A model generated the notes under the pieces. The model made no database searches. It was not told the origin of the DNA and saw only the letters and a list, made by a program, of their open reading frames with translations. A stretch of DNA of 6,031 nt from Octopus sinensis. Taxonomy: Eukaryota. The translations under genes and the position numbers were made by a program. Location of the stretch: assembly GCF_006345805.1 (NCBI RefSeq), contig NW_021829571.1, positions 1 to 6,031 on the forward strand, in the 5' to 3' direction. How positions within the stretch are numbered: the stretch's first letter is position 1; each line of letters begins with the position of its first letter. Shown piece after piece: positions 5,960-6,031 of this stretch.

Positions 5960-6031
5960 GGTCCCGGGTTGATTCGGGGTTACCACAGTAAATAAGGTAC
6001 TCAATACATATATATATACATACATATATAT
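5823..6031. repeat. (TACA)n(TA)n compound microsatellite with a short non-repeat island at ~5957-6003
   Basis: Alternating blocks of TACA x2-3 and TA x4-6 that run to the window end. Confidence 0.93.

Overview
AT-rich, microsatellite-laden eukaryotic non-coding DNA, most likely intronic or intergenic animal sequence. The repeat content looks like a coleoid cephalopod such as Octopus; this is an inference from remembered repeat sequences, not a database result. No intact protein-coding gene is supported, and most supplied ORFs are translations of simple repeats. The window is a patchwork of decayed mobile elements: a non-autonomous sub-terminal-IR element (~520-721, -), a 5' LTR candidate, PBS candidate and pseudogenised Gypsy/Mag (K02A2.6-like) gag (2951-4063, -), a CR1-type LINE RT fragment with YADD (4150-4572, -), an RTE-tail SINE-like element carrying a 26-bp minisatellite and a 29-bp duplication (4573-4985, +), and the 5' end of a Tc1/mariner transposon (5631-5822, +). 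The most interesting signal, which the ORF track misses, is a cluster of minimal type-I hammerhead ribozyme motifs of the Penelope/retrozyme type. One has an intact catalytic core (994-1081, +), one has core mutations (1361-1408, -), and a third is a weak relic (2753-2832, -). Each has a self-complementary stem III. Such ribozymes are a known class, and their activity here is untested.
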